Source: a virus. Taken from it: 64,000 nucleotides of DNA. The stretch lies in IMG/VR virus record IMGVR_UViG_3300025450_000013. The stretch is one strand, 5' to 3'. Shown piece by piece: positions 29,103 to 38,905 of the stretch. Under the pieces are notes generated by a model, which did not search any database, was not told the origin of the DNA, and saw only the letters and a list, made by a program, of their open reading frames with translations. Positions within the stretch are counted from its first letter, which is position 1. Each line of letters opens with the position of its first letter. The translations under genes were made by a program, and so were the position numbers.

Positions 29103-30088
29103 TAGTCCAACCATTCTTTAATTTTAGTTTGATCGTGTGGGTTTATTACCATTCTGGCATTTTTAACACCAAACTGCTCTCTATCACCAGTATATTTTGC
29201 GAAAAAGATAGGATCTTCTACACTTGATAGAGTATCTCCATTTTCATAAGCATGTGCTGTTGTGCTGGTTAAAGTATAACCACCCGATACTTCTTTCACA
29301 TCAATGCGGCCTTGTATAATGAAACTAACATTATTTCTTCCAAGTTTTGCATTTGTATCGTAATCATTTCCATAAACAGCTTTATGTTTAATCTTAATAG
29401 CATTTCTTCCTTTGATATGCATACCAGCATTATCACCACTTTTTAATCCACCAGGAAATCTAGTTTTCATTTTGCGAATAAATTCTTGTACCTGAGGAAA
29501 TGCCTGCATAACTTCACTTGTCAGACCACCCCATTGTTGGAAGTCTTTAACAGATTTTCCCATTTTATATGATATCCAAACAACTTCATTACCCTTGCTA
29601 TCAAGTAAAGCAAGATCAGATTTAGGAGTTCCAGGAACTTTTATACATTCGGTAACATAATAGGTGACACCTTTACATATCAAAGGAACACCATCTTTAT
29701 AGTTATGTTTCTTTCTAATATTACTAAACATCAAATTCAATCTAGCAACAGTTTTGGTCTCTCCCTCAATACCAGCAGGTGGTCTATCGGGTTTACCATC
29801 AAACTCAATCGTCTTTTTCAGGTCGGTTATTTTATAATATTGATTACCTTTTAAAGCCATAAATCTTGCTTTAGTCAATTCTTTTTGGTATTTTCCAGGA
29901 TATTTCTCAGCATTAATAATTAAATTATATGTTTCTTTGATGAAAGAAAATTTAACTTTTGTTCCGTTGTTCAGTTCAAATTCTTCACCATTTTTATACT
30001 TTTCAGCAAACTTTAGTATTCTAGGTTTGCCGGCCATAGGGCCTTTCGTATATTTTTTCATCAGATCAGATACTTGAAGCTGTCCCAT
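29102..30088 (-). CDS. PD-(D/E)XK-like nuclease
   Basis: E..T..PGTPKSDLAL...WISYK...FQQWGG; late promoter at 30120. Confidence 0.6.
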   Translation of the reverse strand: MGQLQVSDLMKKYTKGPMAGKPRILKFAEKYKNGEEFELNNGTKVKFSFIKETYNLIINAEKYPGKYQKELTKARFMALKGNQYYKITDLKKTIEFDGKPDRPPAGIEGETKTVARLNLMFSNIRKKHNYKDGVPLICKGVTYYVTECIKVPGTPKSDLALLDSKGNEVVWISYKMGKSVKDFQQWGGLTSEVMQAFPQVQEFIRKMKTRFPGGLKSGDNAGMHIKGRNAIKIKHKAVYGNDYDTNAKLGRNNVSFIIQGRIDVKEVSGGYTLTSTTAHAYENGDTLSSVEDPIFFAKYTGDREQFGVKNARMVINPHDQTKIKEWLD

Positions 30089-30165
30089 TTTAATACCCTT
30101 GGATAAAATATTTCTTATGTATTTATCCATAGCAGGTACCATACCTAATGTCAACCAGAATCCTT

Positions 30166-30996
30166 TCAGTAGTTTGTCAACAATAACTCTTTTCTACTAG
30201 CCTGTGCTTTCATATAATTCTTAGATTGAGCGTTCATTGAATAAGTCAATGGAAATGTGATCTGACCCCAGTTAGGAAACCTATCTTTAACCCAGTCATC
30301 GTTATTATATGATACAGTCATATGGTGTAGATTAGAAGTATCTATACACCGTTGAGCAAACAAATCATGATCAAAACCCTTATGCATACTCCTATTTTTA
30401 CCATACAGATGTGATTTAATATCATAAGGTGGATCTAGATATACAAAGGTACGAGGTGTACCATCTAGTAATGTCTCATAAGATTGGTTGGTGATTTTCC
30501 AATTTTTGATTAGTTTTGAATAATACTTTAGGTTTTCAATACAATTTATTGTAAAATTTCCTTCACTTGCTAATTTGGAAAATGTAGAGTTTTCGGTCAG
30601 GCCGGAGAAAGAACATTTATTAATTGTCCAAAACATTACCGCCTTCATAAAGTATGAAGTGTCTGTTTCATTCATTTCTTGTTTGCATTTATTAAATAGT
30701 TTTTTAGCATCATCAACATTGTTATTCTGTATTTTCCATTCTCTCACTGTTTCTGATAGTTCATCACCATTATCTCTCAACTGAACCCAAAAGTTATAGA
30801 GAGGCCAGTATAGGTCATTTACCCATATATTAATGTTTGGTTGGAGTTTTGTAATTGCAATAGCAACAGAACCACCACCTACAAAAGGTTCTCTATATTC
30901 TTCATAATCTTTTAGGTCTGGAAAGTAAGGCAACATTTTGTTTATTGCCTTACTTTTACCACCAGGATATCTCAACGGTGTTTTCAATCTTTTCAT
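30166..30996 (-). CDS. DNA adenine methyltransferase (D12/Dam class)
   Basis: LRYPGGKS, EPFVGGGSV, NDL, YLDPPY. Confidence 0.92.
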   Translation of the reverse strand: MKRLKTPLRYPGGKSKAINKMLPYFPDLKDYEEYREPFVGGGSVAIAITKLQPNINIWVNDLYWPLYNFWVQLRDNGDELSETVREWKIQNNNVDDAKKLFNKCKQEMNETDTSYFMKAVMFWTINKCSFSGLTENSTFSKLASEGNFTINCIENLKYYSKLIKNWKITNQSYETLLDGTPRTFVYLDPPYDIKSHLYGKNRSMHKGFDHDLFAQRCIDTSNLHHMTVSYNNDDWVKDRFPNWGQITFPLTYSMNAQSKNYMKAQASRKELLLTNY

Positions 30997-31012
30997 AATA
31001 TAACCTTTTAGT

Positions 31013-31762
31013 TTATGCTAAGAAAATTGCCCAGAAATCATCCGCAAGATTTGGATTGGTCAAATACTCAAATGGGAAGTAGCAATAACCTTTGTCACCC
31101 CATCCTTCACCCCAAGAGTTGCGAACAATGAAATGTGTATCTGTATAACCAACCATAAGCATACAATGACCACCGACAACATTCTCATTTGCGATTGGCA
31201 TAGGAACCATACCATTTTCTGCTACTGCATTACTCTCAAAGGAATCATACAAGGTGCAACCGAAAACTACTGGAATCTTATGTGTTAGAACATTCTGGAT
31301 ATTGTGTAGTGCTACAGGAACTCTTGAATATTGCTTGATGATACCTGTCTTAGCCGCAGAATATGCAGCATCGGATGGTTTATCAGTAAACTTAGAGATA
31401 TCATAAGGCCACAAGTTTTCATCACAAACACCAGTTGTAGCCACAACCTTGATGCCGTCTCGGATTTCAGCACCAGCATCACTATCAACTGTTCCCTCAA
31501 TAACACGTTCATTATAGTAAATAAACAAACGTGAAGGCATAAAATCGTGTTTACCTTGTGCTTTGAGGCCATATTCAACAGCCGCAGCAGTTCCATTACC
31601 TGTGCATGAACCAAGTTGTCCCTGGTCATAAACAGGTGGTAAATGTCCTGTTTCACGTAAATCAACTGTAGGTGCAATGGAAGGACCCAAAGAACCAAAG
31701 TGTAAAATGTGATCGTGTAGATTAGGCTTATCCGGTCTCCAACCATATACTCTTTTAGTCAT
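31013..31762 (-). CDS. Papain-like C1A cysteine peptidase
   Basis: VYDQGQLGSCT, GGHCM, VRNSWG.GWGDKGY. Confidence 0.9.
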   Translation of the reverse strand: MTKRVYGWRPDKPNLHDHILHFGSLGPSIAPTVDLRETGHLPPVYDQGQLGSCTGNGTAAAVEYGLKAQGKHDFMPSRLFIYYNERVIEGTVDSDAGAEIRDGIKVVATTGVCDENLWPYDISKFTDKPSDAAYSAAKTGIIKQYSRVPVALHNIQNVLTHKIPVVFGCTLYDSFESNAVAENGMVPMPIANENVVGGHCMLMVGYTDTHFIVRNSWGEGWGDKGYCYFPFEYLTNPNLADDFWAIFLA

Positions 31763-32187
31763 TTTTCTCTCCGTTGTTCCATGACTTCATATTCACCATC
31801 TTCATCTGTGGTATAAACAACACCACGAATGCCAAACTCTTCTATGGCCCTTTGGCAACCGCAACACGGCTTAGCCAGTCCCCATACAAACTTTTTAGAA
31901 AATGATTTGGGTTTCTTTACTCTGGTTATATAGAGGTCCGTCTTAGACAGTTCTTCTACACTTAGTTCTTTCAGAGCATTTTTGATTGCGTGGATTTCTG
32001 CGTGAAGGAATACGGCATGTTCGTTCTTACAGAAACGAGCCTGTAAAGGATGGGATTTTCTATGATTAAATCCTACGGACACTATTTTGTTTCCACGCAC
32101 TATTGCCGCGGCAAACTTGATGTTGGAATCATCATTTGCCTCGGCAATCTTACAGAGAGTATCCAGTATGTCCTTTTTCACTTTCAT
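31759..32187 (-). CDS. Zinc-dependent cytidine/dCMP deaminase-like protein
   Basis: LHAEI and AKPCCGC. Confidence 0.8.
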   Translation of the reverse strand: MKVKKDILDTLCKIAEANDDSNIKFAAAIVRGNKIVSVGFNHRKSHPLQARFCKNEHAVFLHAEIHAIKNALKELSVEELSKTDLYITRVKKPKSFSKKFVWGLAKPCCGCQRAIEEFGIRGVVYTTDEDGEYEVMEQRREK

Positions 32188-32192
32188 GGTGT

Positions 32193-32221
32193 ATTATAGC
32201 ACAAGTGAATAAGGAAATCAA
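32193..32221 (-). promoter_or_regulatory. Sigma70-type promoter, probably leaderless
   Basis: TTGATT-17-TATAAT with extended TG, 5 bp before the ATG at 32187. Confidence 0.65.
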
Positions 32222-32661
32222 CCTTTTTTTCCTAAGGTTGCCTTTAACATCCATCGGTGCTTGCGGTGGGTTTCTATACGTCCAGCAACAAAGTTCTGCC
32301 AACCCCACATCTTTTGCTCTCCGGATAGTCGGAAACATTCGTCAAGACAGGCCAATACGGTTTCATTGGCATCATATAGATTAGAAAACATCTTTTCTGG
32401 TTTAGGAATCTGTGGATCTTCTTTGATCTCGGACAGTTCTACCATACGAGCAAGAGAACCAGGAGCAAAGTTATCCATAGAACGGATTTGTTCAGCAATG
32501 TCATCGACGGAATCGTGTAGTTCTTCATAGAGGTCATTTAGAAATTTGTGATATTGTGGAAAGTCGGAACCGATATAGTTCCAGTGGTATGCATGTGACT
32601 TCATATACATCACAAACACATTACCTAATAATACTTTTGCCTTTTCTACTACTTCTTCCAT
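32218..32661 (-). CDS. dps: Dps ferritin-like protein
   Basis: KSHAYHWNYIG..F..YH..L..LYEE..DDIAEQIR..HRKHRWML. Confidence 0.9.
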   Translation of the reverse strand: MEEVVEKAKVLLGNVFVMYMKSHAYHWNYIGSDFPQYHKFLNDLYEELHDSVDDIAEQIRSMDNFAPGSLARMVELSEIKEDPQIPKPEKMFSNLYDANETVLACLDECFRLSGEQKMWGWQNFVAGRIETHRKHRWMLKATLGKKG

Positions 32662-32662
32662 T

Positions 32663-33157
32663 CTAGGTCTCTTTTACGTTGGTTGTTGTATTTGCTACCA
32701 CCGTATTTATAACATTGTCGGGAATGGGCACTCCATCAGGCCAGCAATAAGAGTAGATAACTGAACGAGGAAATCTTGCTATTGATACTTGGTCATTCTG
32801 GTTTCCACCTAAACCATAGACATACTTAGCATCAAATGAGACGACAAAGAATACGTGGCCTCCACCGTTTCGTTTCTTGGTAGCAATACAACCAACCATT
32901 GGTTTGGTTAGTTTCTGGCCATACTTGGCATAACTTAATGCCAATAAGGAACCTGTGTTTGGAAGTCCTGCTTCCTCTAATACTGCTCCCACAAATGCGG
33001 CACACCAAGGTGTTGTATGGTCGTTCTTGATTTCTGGATGGCCTGCCTCAGCAAAGAACTTTACCACTTTAGGATTGGCCTTTAAGGTAGTGCCTTCGTG
33101 CAATCCAACATATTTACTTGCTATCTTCATCCATGGTAGGTCTGTTATGTTCTTCAT
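32663..33157 (-). CDS. TIGR02594-family (NlpC/P60-like) cell-wall hydrolase
   Basis: LPWM..A..G..E..TPWCAAFV..GHVFF..LGGNQ. Confidence 0.85.
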   Translation of the reverse strand: MKNITDLPWMKIASKYVGLHEGTTLKANPKVVKFFAEAGHPEIKNDHTTPWCAAFVGAVLEEAGLPNTGSLLALSYAKYGQKLTKPMVGCIATKKRNGGGHVFFVVSFDAKYVYGLGGNQNDQVSIARFPRSVIYSYCWPDGVPIPDNVINTVVANTTTNVKET

Positions 33158-33338
33158 GTTTTCCCCATTTACCTAACGGACATTTAGAGTCCATAAAAAG
33201 AGTTTTACCTTTCATAAAGCACCAACATACCTTACACTGGTACAAAGTTGTATCCAGTTCTGAGCACTCTTCACAAATCTTTATTCTTTCTGCGGCCACT
33301 TTACGGCGTTTAGCACTAATAGTATTTAGTTCCAGCAT
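33114..33338 (-). CDS. Small Cys-rich protein
   Basis: RIKICEEC..QCKVCWCFMKGK..CPLGKW. Confidence 0.7.
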   Translation of the reverse strand: MLELNTISAKRRKVAAERIKICEECSELDTTLYQCKVCWCFMKGKTLFMDSKCPLGKWGKHEEHNRPTMDEDSK

Positions 33339-33916
33339 TAGTAGAAATCTACGATGTGGTCGGCAAGTCCATACTTAACCGCCTCTTTAGCAGTCAACCA
33401 GACATCCTCTGGTGGTAGCAAATACTTCTTGATAACAGCCTCTGTCTGACCGGTACACTTCTTGTAATGTTCTAATAGTCGTTGGCTGGAGTTATTAAAC
33501 TCAACAACTGACGCTAATAGTTCATGTTCTTTACCAAATGAACCCCAAGAGAACTGGTGTGAAAGAATGGAGGTATTGCGAGTAACGTAGCGATGACCTT
33601 TCTCACCTGCTATAAAGGTCAATAACCCACAAGAGGCAACCTCACCAAGCCCATAGGTGTAAATAGGCACCTTAGAACCTTTCATAATATCAATCAAAGC
33701 AAATGCTGATGATACCTCACCACCTGGAGAGTTTATAATCATCTTTATTTGTTTTGGTTTCTTTTTCATAAGATTGCGAGCCATAATAAATCGCACGGCC
33801 TCGGTAGATGAAGAGTTATCAAACTCTGAGGTGAAGAAATAATAATGTAGTTCTTCTAAATCGGGAATGTTAGATACTTCTTTTTCTTTATTGTCTAAAG
33901 GCATAGCAAATTCCAT
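33338..33916 (-). CDS. clpP: ClpP-like protease
   Basis: INSPGG, VASCG, SHQFS, DVWLTAKEAVKYGLAD. Confidence 0.88.
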   Translation of the reverse strand: MEFAMPLDNKEKEVSNIPDLEELHYYFFTSEFDNSSSTEAVRFIMARNLMKKKPKQIKMIINSPGGEVSSAFALIDIMKGSKVPIYTYGLGEVASCGLLTFIAGEKGHRYVTRNTSILSHQFSWGSFGKEHELLASVVEFNNSSQRLLEHYKKCTGQTEAVIKKYLLPPEDVWLTAKEAVKYGLADHIVDFY

Positions 33917-33958
33917 TCTATTAAGAGAAAGGCGGGAATTTCTCCCCGCCCCTATTTA

Positions 33959-34483
33959 TTATCGCTGAATATGTATATGGTTGTAGTGACCAGGAACCCG
34001 CCATAGGACGGTGTAACCAGCCGCTCTAGCATCGGCGGCCAGCTGGTCAAACTTATGAGCATATCCAGATCGTGCTTCTACAACGCCGCGCCCCACGTTT
34101 ACGTCAATAGCCCGGCCAGCGTAATGGGCCCACCCGTGATGGACACGATGGACTCCACCAAATGCGGGATGTTCCGAAACACGGAACCCCTGTCGCTGTA
34201 GTTGGTGCCCGTATTCCACCAAGGATGTAGAAGCTGCGGCGAAACCCCAGTTTTCTTCCTGCTCCTCGTGGAACTGACGGACCTGTCTCTTGTTCTTATA
34301 ACGTGGTTGAGGTGAGACACTCCAATTTTCTCCACCAAATACACTGGCGAGTGGATCGGATTCCTCTTGCACGGATTGGTCTGAATATTGACTATGTTTG
34401 CCGTAGTGGACTCTGGCTTCTGCCATGCCGCATATCGCAAACATAACAGATGCCGCCAAAGCGGCTAGAATAATCTTCTTCAT
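33959..34483 (-). CDS. Secreted protein with M15/LAS-like zinc peptidase motifs
   Basis: Signal peptide; H..WAHYAGRAIDV...HYNHIH. Confidence 0.65.
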   Translation of the reverse strand: MKKIILAALAASVMFAICGMAEARVHYGKHSQYSDQSVQEESDPLASVFGGENWSVSPQPRYKNKRQVRQFHEEQEENWGFAAASTSLVEYGHQLQRQGFRVSEHPAFGGVHRVHHGWAHYAGRAIDVNVGRGVVEARSGYAHKFDQLAADARAAGYTVLWRVPGHYNHIHIQR

Positions 34484-34663
34484 ATAGTTACCTTTCTGTT
34501 ATGCATAACCACGCACAAGTCTCCACACAGGGTCAATATAAGTTAGAATGTGAGGAGATTGTTGCCAGAGATGGCTGCGAAGTTATGGGTTAAGTGCCAC
34601 CGGCCAGTACCTTCGTGGTCAGGTGGCTTACACAAGTCGCAAATCGCAAACCTGTGTAATATC
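34484..34663 (-). ncRNA. Candidate structured 5' leader RNA
   Basis: ~180 nt without a listed ORF after a late promoter; three stem domains with G-U pairs on the sense strand. Confidence 0.45.
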
Positions 34664-34674
34664 TATTTAGGCAC

Positions 34675-35031
34675 CTAGATACCTTTTTCTTTATTTAATT
34701 GTGCCTCAAATACTTTATAGAGTCCGGTAACGGTATCGGAGTTATAAACAACATCACTCATCATAGCAATAAGGCAAGTCATCTCACTCTTAGGTGGATT
34801 GGTTGTGATGGCAATAGAAGTACCTGAAATCCAAATGGTCTCAACCACACCTTCCTTGTTAGTCATGTTAAGTAAAGAGAAAAACTTGGAATCTTCCATT
34901 AACTTTAGAACACTTTCTCTCTTGTCACAGATAGGTAGTTCTTCTTTTTTAGGTGTGGTCTTGGCCTGCGCTGAAAAAGAGGCAAGGATGACAGCAAGCA
35001 TGATTAACTTTTTCATTTTATTCCTCATCAT
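34675..35031 (-). CDS. Secreted hypothetical protein
   Basis: Signal peptide MKKLIMLAVILASFSAQA. Confidence 0.7.
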   Translation of the reverse strand: MMRNKMKKLIMLAVILASFSAQAKTTPKKEELPICDKRESVLKLMEDSKFFSLLNMTNKEGVVETIWISGTSIAITTNPPKSEMTCLIAMMSDVVYNSDTVTGLYKVFEAQLNKEKGI

Positions 35032-35302
35032 ATTTTATGTGAATACGGTTACTATAACTTACCAATGGTAGATTAGAACGACCAGTGGCATGTTTATATA
35101 GCGTTTTTTTGATAGGTTCAGTTAGCAACCCAGCAAATCCATCAGGTATAAGAATACCTTCCGAAACTTTACAATCATCAAGATTGAATGTTTTGATATA
35201 TTCTCTTTTAGCTGAATCCTCATCTTTAGCATCTATAATCATAAGAGCCTGTAAATGGCCCTCTTTATTCTGTTTATCAGTTGTTATTGTATAGTAGCAC
35301 AT
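35018..35302 (-). CDS. Hypothetical protein
   Basis: GAGG RBS. Confidence 0.6.
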   Translation of the reverse strand: MCYYTITTDKQNKEGHLQALMIIDAKDEDSAKREYIKTFNLDDCKVSEGILIPDGFAGLLTEPIKKTLYKHATGRSNLPLVSYSNRIHIKYDEE

Positions 35303-35305
35303 TTT

Positions 35306-35854
35306 TTACCTCTCAGTATTTGCCACGGATACATTTAAATCAAGTTCTGTTATAAACATTGTTAGTGTTAGCCTAGAGTTTTCATCTTTTCCAAACCCCG
35401 ATACAGGTGAATGGAGTATATGTGAATTAAATAGAGCAAGCCTATTATACTTATTCTCTATTATTATTTCTTTTCCATCTTTGAACAGTACCGTTCCAGA
35501 TAATTTTTTAGGATCTTTATTGAGATAAACAACACCAGAGTATATATGAGGATCATCCGTATGGTGTGCTTCATCATCAATAACCAAATCACCACTAATT
35601 TTATGGAAATATAGGTTACTTATCCATGAATATTTGTATGCTAGAGAACCTCCTCGGAACAGTTTATCAAAAATACTATTCATTAGTATTGTGGACTTAT
35701 TTTTATCTATATCAAACAAATCCAAAGTCCTTTCTCCAGTCCAAATTGTTCCAGATACAGGACTTTGTTTATAGTATTTTAATTCCCGAGAATATTCAAC
35801 CAATTCATCAGGATTTTCAAGAACATCGTCTATGATAACTATGTCCTTTAGCAT
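35306..35854 (-). CDS. 2OG-Fe(II) oxygenase (DUF6445-like)
   Basis: HTD..SGVVYL..GT..NKYNRLALF..HS..RLT. Confidence 0.8.
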   Translation of the reverse strand: MLKDIVIIDDVLENPDELVEYSRELKYYKQSPVSGTIWTGERTLDLFDIDKNKSTILMNSIFDKLFRGGSLAYKYSWISNLYFHKISGDLVIDDEAHHTDDPHIYSGVVYLNKDPKKLSGTVLFKDGKEIIIENKYNRLALFNSHILHSPVSGFGKDENSRLTLTMFITELDLNVSVANTER

Positions 35855-35857
35855 ATT

Positions 35858-36202
35858 TTACCATCCAAAATCATCTTCCTCATATACACGGGCACCAGGG
35901 CTATTCTTAATGATGATATTCTTACGGACTTTCTGTTGTGCAGGAGCATATCCATAAGCAGGTGCATAACCGTATACCGGAGCATACCCATAACCATAAG
36001 GAGAAGCGAGTGCACCACCAATGATACCACCTACAAGCCCAGCACCGAGCATAGCAGCACCATAACCACCATAACCCCATCCACCGTATCCGTATCCACC
36101 CCAACCACCATAACCATAACCCCAAGCATTTGCAGGAGCAGAGGAAGCGAAACTAATTCCGATAGCAGCAACGATAGCAATAACTGTCTTTTTCATTTCC
36201 AT
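35858..36202 (-). CDS. Secreted Gly/Tyr-rich protein
   Basis: Signal peptide, GYGGWG repeats, glycine zipper, YGYAP repeats. Confidence 0.75.
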   Translation of the reverse strand: MEMKKTVIAIVAAIGISFASSAPANAWGYGYGGWGGYGYGGWGYGGYGAAMLGAGLVGGIIGGALASPYGYGYAPVYGYAPAYGYAPAQQKVRKNIIIKNSPGARVYEEDDFGW

Positions 36203-36253
36203 AACCTTTCATTAGTTATATTATATCCTATCATAAGGAATAAACCTTGTCAA

Positions 36254-37156
36254 CTAGTTTATGAAATCCTTGAATGATTTCCTACTTTCACGGATTACCG
36301 TTTTACATTCTTTTCCGTTGTCAATAACGTTTATATGGGAAAAGTGACGAATCCTTCCGTCATATATTTTTTCAATTGGTTTATTATCTAGCATCTTTAT
36401 ATGAAGTTTTTGATGGGAAACTTTGAGATGCATTTTGGTTTGTATAGGCCGTATAATTGCTATGTCTTCAGATGGAACTAATGCCCACTGGAAAATGGTT
36501 CTCATTTGTCTTGGTTTGTTTTCAACACGGAAAGGGTTCATCTGTAAATCATCCACTTGCCACTCGGCAAGAGCATCTAACATTTCTTCTGGTGAATTGG
36601 CCTTGACCATAACCTTTTCGGTTAATCTCTTTCTCGTCTCACTGGACTTTCTCCACATATCTTGCTTCTCATCAATACCATACTGGAATCCGGCCCAAGG
36701 TAGACGGACACCATGATTGGTTCTGACAACGATTTCTGTGGTAGGTATGATACGAACAATGGACTTGTATTCACCGGTACCATCATTCTCTCTGGCAGCC
36801 TCAATCAATACTAATTTTTTGGGAGTTGAAACAAAGATGAAACCAGTCATCTTTTGATCTATTAGGTATTTAACAGCATCCATTTGTTCCATATGGAGTG
36901 CTTTGTAGATATCATCACCGTCTTTTTTATTTGTTTCTTGATTAAGGACCGGAGTTAAACTAGTTGTCATTATAACCAAACCATCGTGGTTCATACCTTC
37001 TTGGTATGAGATGTCATGGTCAAACATAACTAGGATTTCTCCGACCTTAGTTTTCTGCTCGTCGCGGAATGATACGTGGGAGACATAATCTTGATCTCTA
37101 TTCTTGGCTAAAACCCAACCTGTATCTTTAAAATATTTTGCGGCGATGATACACAT
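36254..37156 (-). CDS. Ntn-hydrolase-like protein (N-terminal Cys)
   Basis: MCIIAAK..LAKNRD..EGMN..RTNHG; late promoter. Confidence 0.65.
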   Translation of the reverse strand: MCIIAAKYFKDTGWVLAKNRDQDYVSHVSFRDEQKTKVGEILVMFDHDISYQEGMNHDGLVIMTTSLTPVLNQETNKKDGDDIYKALHMEQMDAVKYLIDQKMTGFIFVSTPKKLVLIEAARENDGTGEYKSIVRIIPTTEIVVRTNHGVRLPWAGFQYGIDEKQDMWRKSSETRKRLTEKVMVKANSPEEMLDALAEWQVDDLQMNPFRVENKPRQMRTIFQWALVPSEDIAIIRPIQTKMHLKVSHQKLHIKMLDNKPIEKIYDGRIRHFSHINVIDNGKECKTVIRESRKSFKDFIN

Positions 37157-37183
37157 TTTAACCCTAGAGATTGAGATTATATC

Positions 37184-37426
37184 TTATTTAGTATCCTCTT
37201 TATTAGGTACTACCGCGTATCCAGGATAGTAGAAGTTTGAGGTGTGGTGATTGGATGCCACATGGGCACCACGGAGTCCACCCTTTAGTTCTGTACCACC
37301 GAATATGGATGCCGCAGAAGCATATCCGTAATTTTGATATGTGTCTTTGTTATATTCGCCAGCATCGGCAGCGACGGCCTGGTTGGCGAAATAGAATAGT
37401 GCGATAAGAGAAATAACCTTATTCAT
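37184..37426 (-). CDS. Small secreted protein
   Basis: Signal peptide, AAGGA RBS, own promoter. Confidence 0.65.
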   Translation of the reverse strand: MNKVISLIALFYFANQAVAADAGEYNKDTYQNYGYASAASIFGGTELKGGLRGAHVASNHHTSNFYYPGYAVVPNKEDTK

Positions 37427-37465
37427 TTCTTTTCCTTTCCTAGTTTCCTAAAGTTAGCGAAACAA

Positions 37466-37515
37466 TGCTGCAATGCAACATACACTAGTATATAGGCACC
37501 AGGAAGGTTTGTCAA
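37466..37515 (-). promoter_or_regulatory. Sigma70 promoter with PhaR-like operator at +1
   Basis: TTGACA-17-TATACT followed by TGTTGCATTGCAGCA. Confidence 0.6.
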
Positions 37516-38168
37516 GTGATTTTTATCCATTCCCTTTCCTGGAAAGGTTCTGTCATCAATGTATGACTAGGAAAACTAACCGATAACCTTTTAGTTAAGG
37601 ACTTGACTTCATGGTAATAATGAGCAGGAGCATAGCAAATATCACCTGGTTCCATTACTATTTCAAACATAGGTTTCTCATCAATGTGTTTAATATTTTT
37701 CTTTTCTTCATCATAACACATAACATTCCACATTTTAACTCTAGATTTACCTTCAACTTGAACTATTAAATTATGAGCCTTATCATAATGTATTCCAAAT
37801 CCTACATTTTGTTGGTCGGTCAAATCAAAGTATATATGAGCATCTGTAGGTAAATTTGTTATTGATTCCAATTCACCACATATGGTATTGATTGTTTCAT
37901 TCACCCTTGAAGAGTCCATAATGTGACAAAGATATTTTTTAGTTATCTTTTTTATAATAGATGGAGGAAAGCAATTGATATTAGTCACCCAGGCCTGGTG
38001 AGGCCATTCATACTTCTCATTTAAAAAAGCCTTAAATCTTTTCTGAGTATTGGAAGGCCTAAAGTTAAGTAAGTTCTCCAAATCTTTCCATGAGAATATA
38101 CCATGTAAGGCATTTCTTTCATAGAATGGTTGTAGTAGTTTTATTCTATCTTGTAACAACTCTAACAT
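37512..38168 (-). CDS. JmjC/cupin hydroxylase
   Basis: HYDKAHNLIVQVEGKS...EPGDICYAPAHYYHEV. Confidence 0.85.
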   Translation of the reverse strand: MLELLQDRIKLLQPFYERNALHGIFSWKDLENLLNFRPSNTQKRFKAFLNEKYEWPHQAWVTNINCFPPSIIKKITKKYLCHIMDSSRVNETINTICGELESITNLPTDAHIYFDLTDQQNVGFGIHYDKAHNLIVQVEGKSRVKMWNVMCYDEEKKNIKHIDEKPMFEIVMEPGDICYAPAHYYHEVKSLTKRLSVSFPSHTLMTEPFQEREWIKIT

Positions 38169-38170
38169 TA

Positions 38171-38905
38171 TTAATAACCTGTTGGCGTTTTAGAGTTTTT
38201 AACCCTTAGCAATTTGAAATTGGTATAACCTAAAGATAGATATTTTTCAAAATCAAAACTTACCATAGATGTCTGTTTAAATCCATTCTGTTGTGAACAT
38301 TGATAAGAATATGTATCTCCTCGATTATTCTTAGAATGTGTCTTATAACATATTCTAGCCGGGCATTTATAAGCACAACCCATATTAAGAAACAATCTAA
38401 TTCTATCTTTACATTCTATAGATTGCAATAACTCATAGTTGGTATTAAAAGCCTCGGGTAGAGGAACTATGGTGTCATATATCTCTAATCTTTTATAAAG
38501 TTTATCCAGAGTATCTGTTTCTTTAATTACAGATGCTTCAATTTTATATAGTGGATAATCTTTTCGTATTCTTTTAGCCAATGCATCTTTGGTTACAATA
38601 ACCGAATTGCCTATACGATGGTGCTTATCTAGAAATGATTTGGATTGTTCATACATCTCTTCGGAGAAGAAATAAGAGGTTAATGGTATTCTGTAACCTA
38701 TATTATTAGAATACATCCAGATAAGGTCTTCATCAGTCAATTCTTTACCTGTATCTGCATAACTTCTACCACCATATAATACACATGGGTCATTGAATCC
38801 AAACAAAGACTCTATGATAGATAGTTCAACAGTTCCAAAATTATCGGATAAAAAGTTCTGAATAGCACCTTTTTTAAATCGTGCTGAGATAGTAAGGTTA
38901 ATCAT
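38171..38905 (-). CDS. U32-peptidase-like TIM-barrel protein (tentative)
   Basis: IRKDYP..ASVIK..IRLFLNMGCAYKC..H..C..LGYTNFKL. Confidence 0.45.
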   Translation of the reverse strand: MINLTISARFKKGAIQNFLSDNFGTVELSIIESLFGFNDPCVLYGGRSYADTGKELTDEDLIWMYSNNIGYRIPLTSYFFSEEMYEQSKSFLDKHHRIGNSVIVTKDALAKRIRKDYPLYKIEASVIKETDTLDKLYKRLEIYDTIVPLPEAFNTNYELLQSIECKDRIRLFLNMGCAYKCPARICYKTHSKNNRGDTYSYQCSQQNGFKQTSMVSFDFEKYLSLGYTNFKLLRVKNSKTPTGY

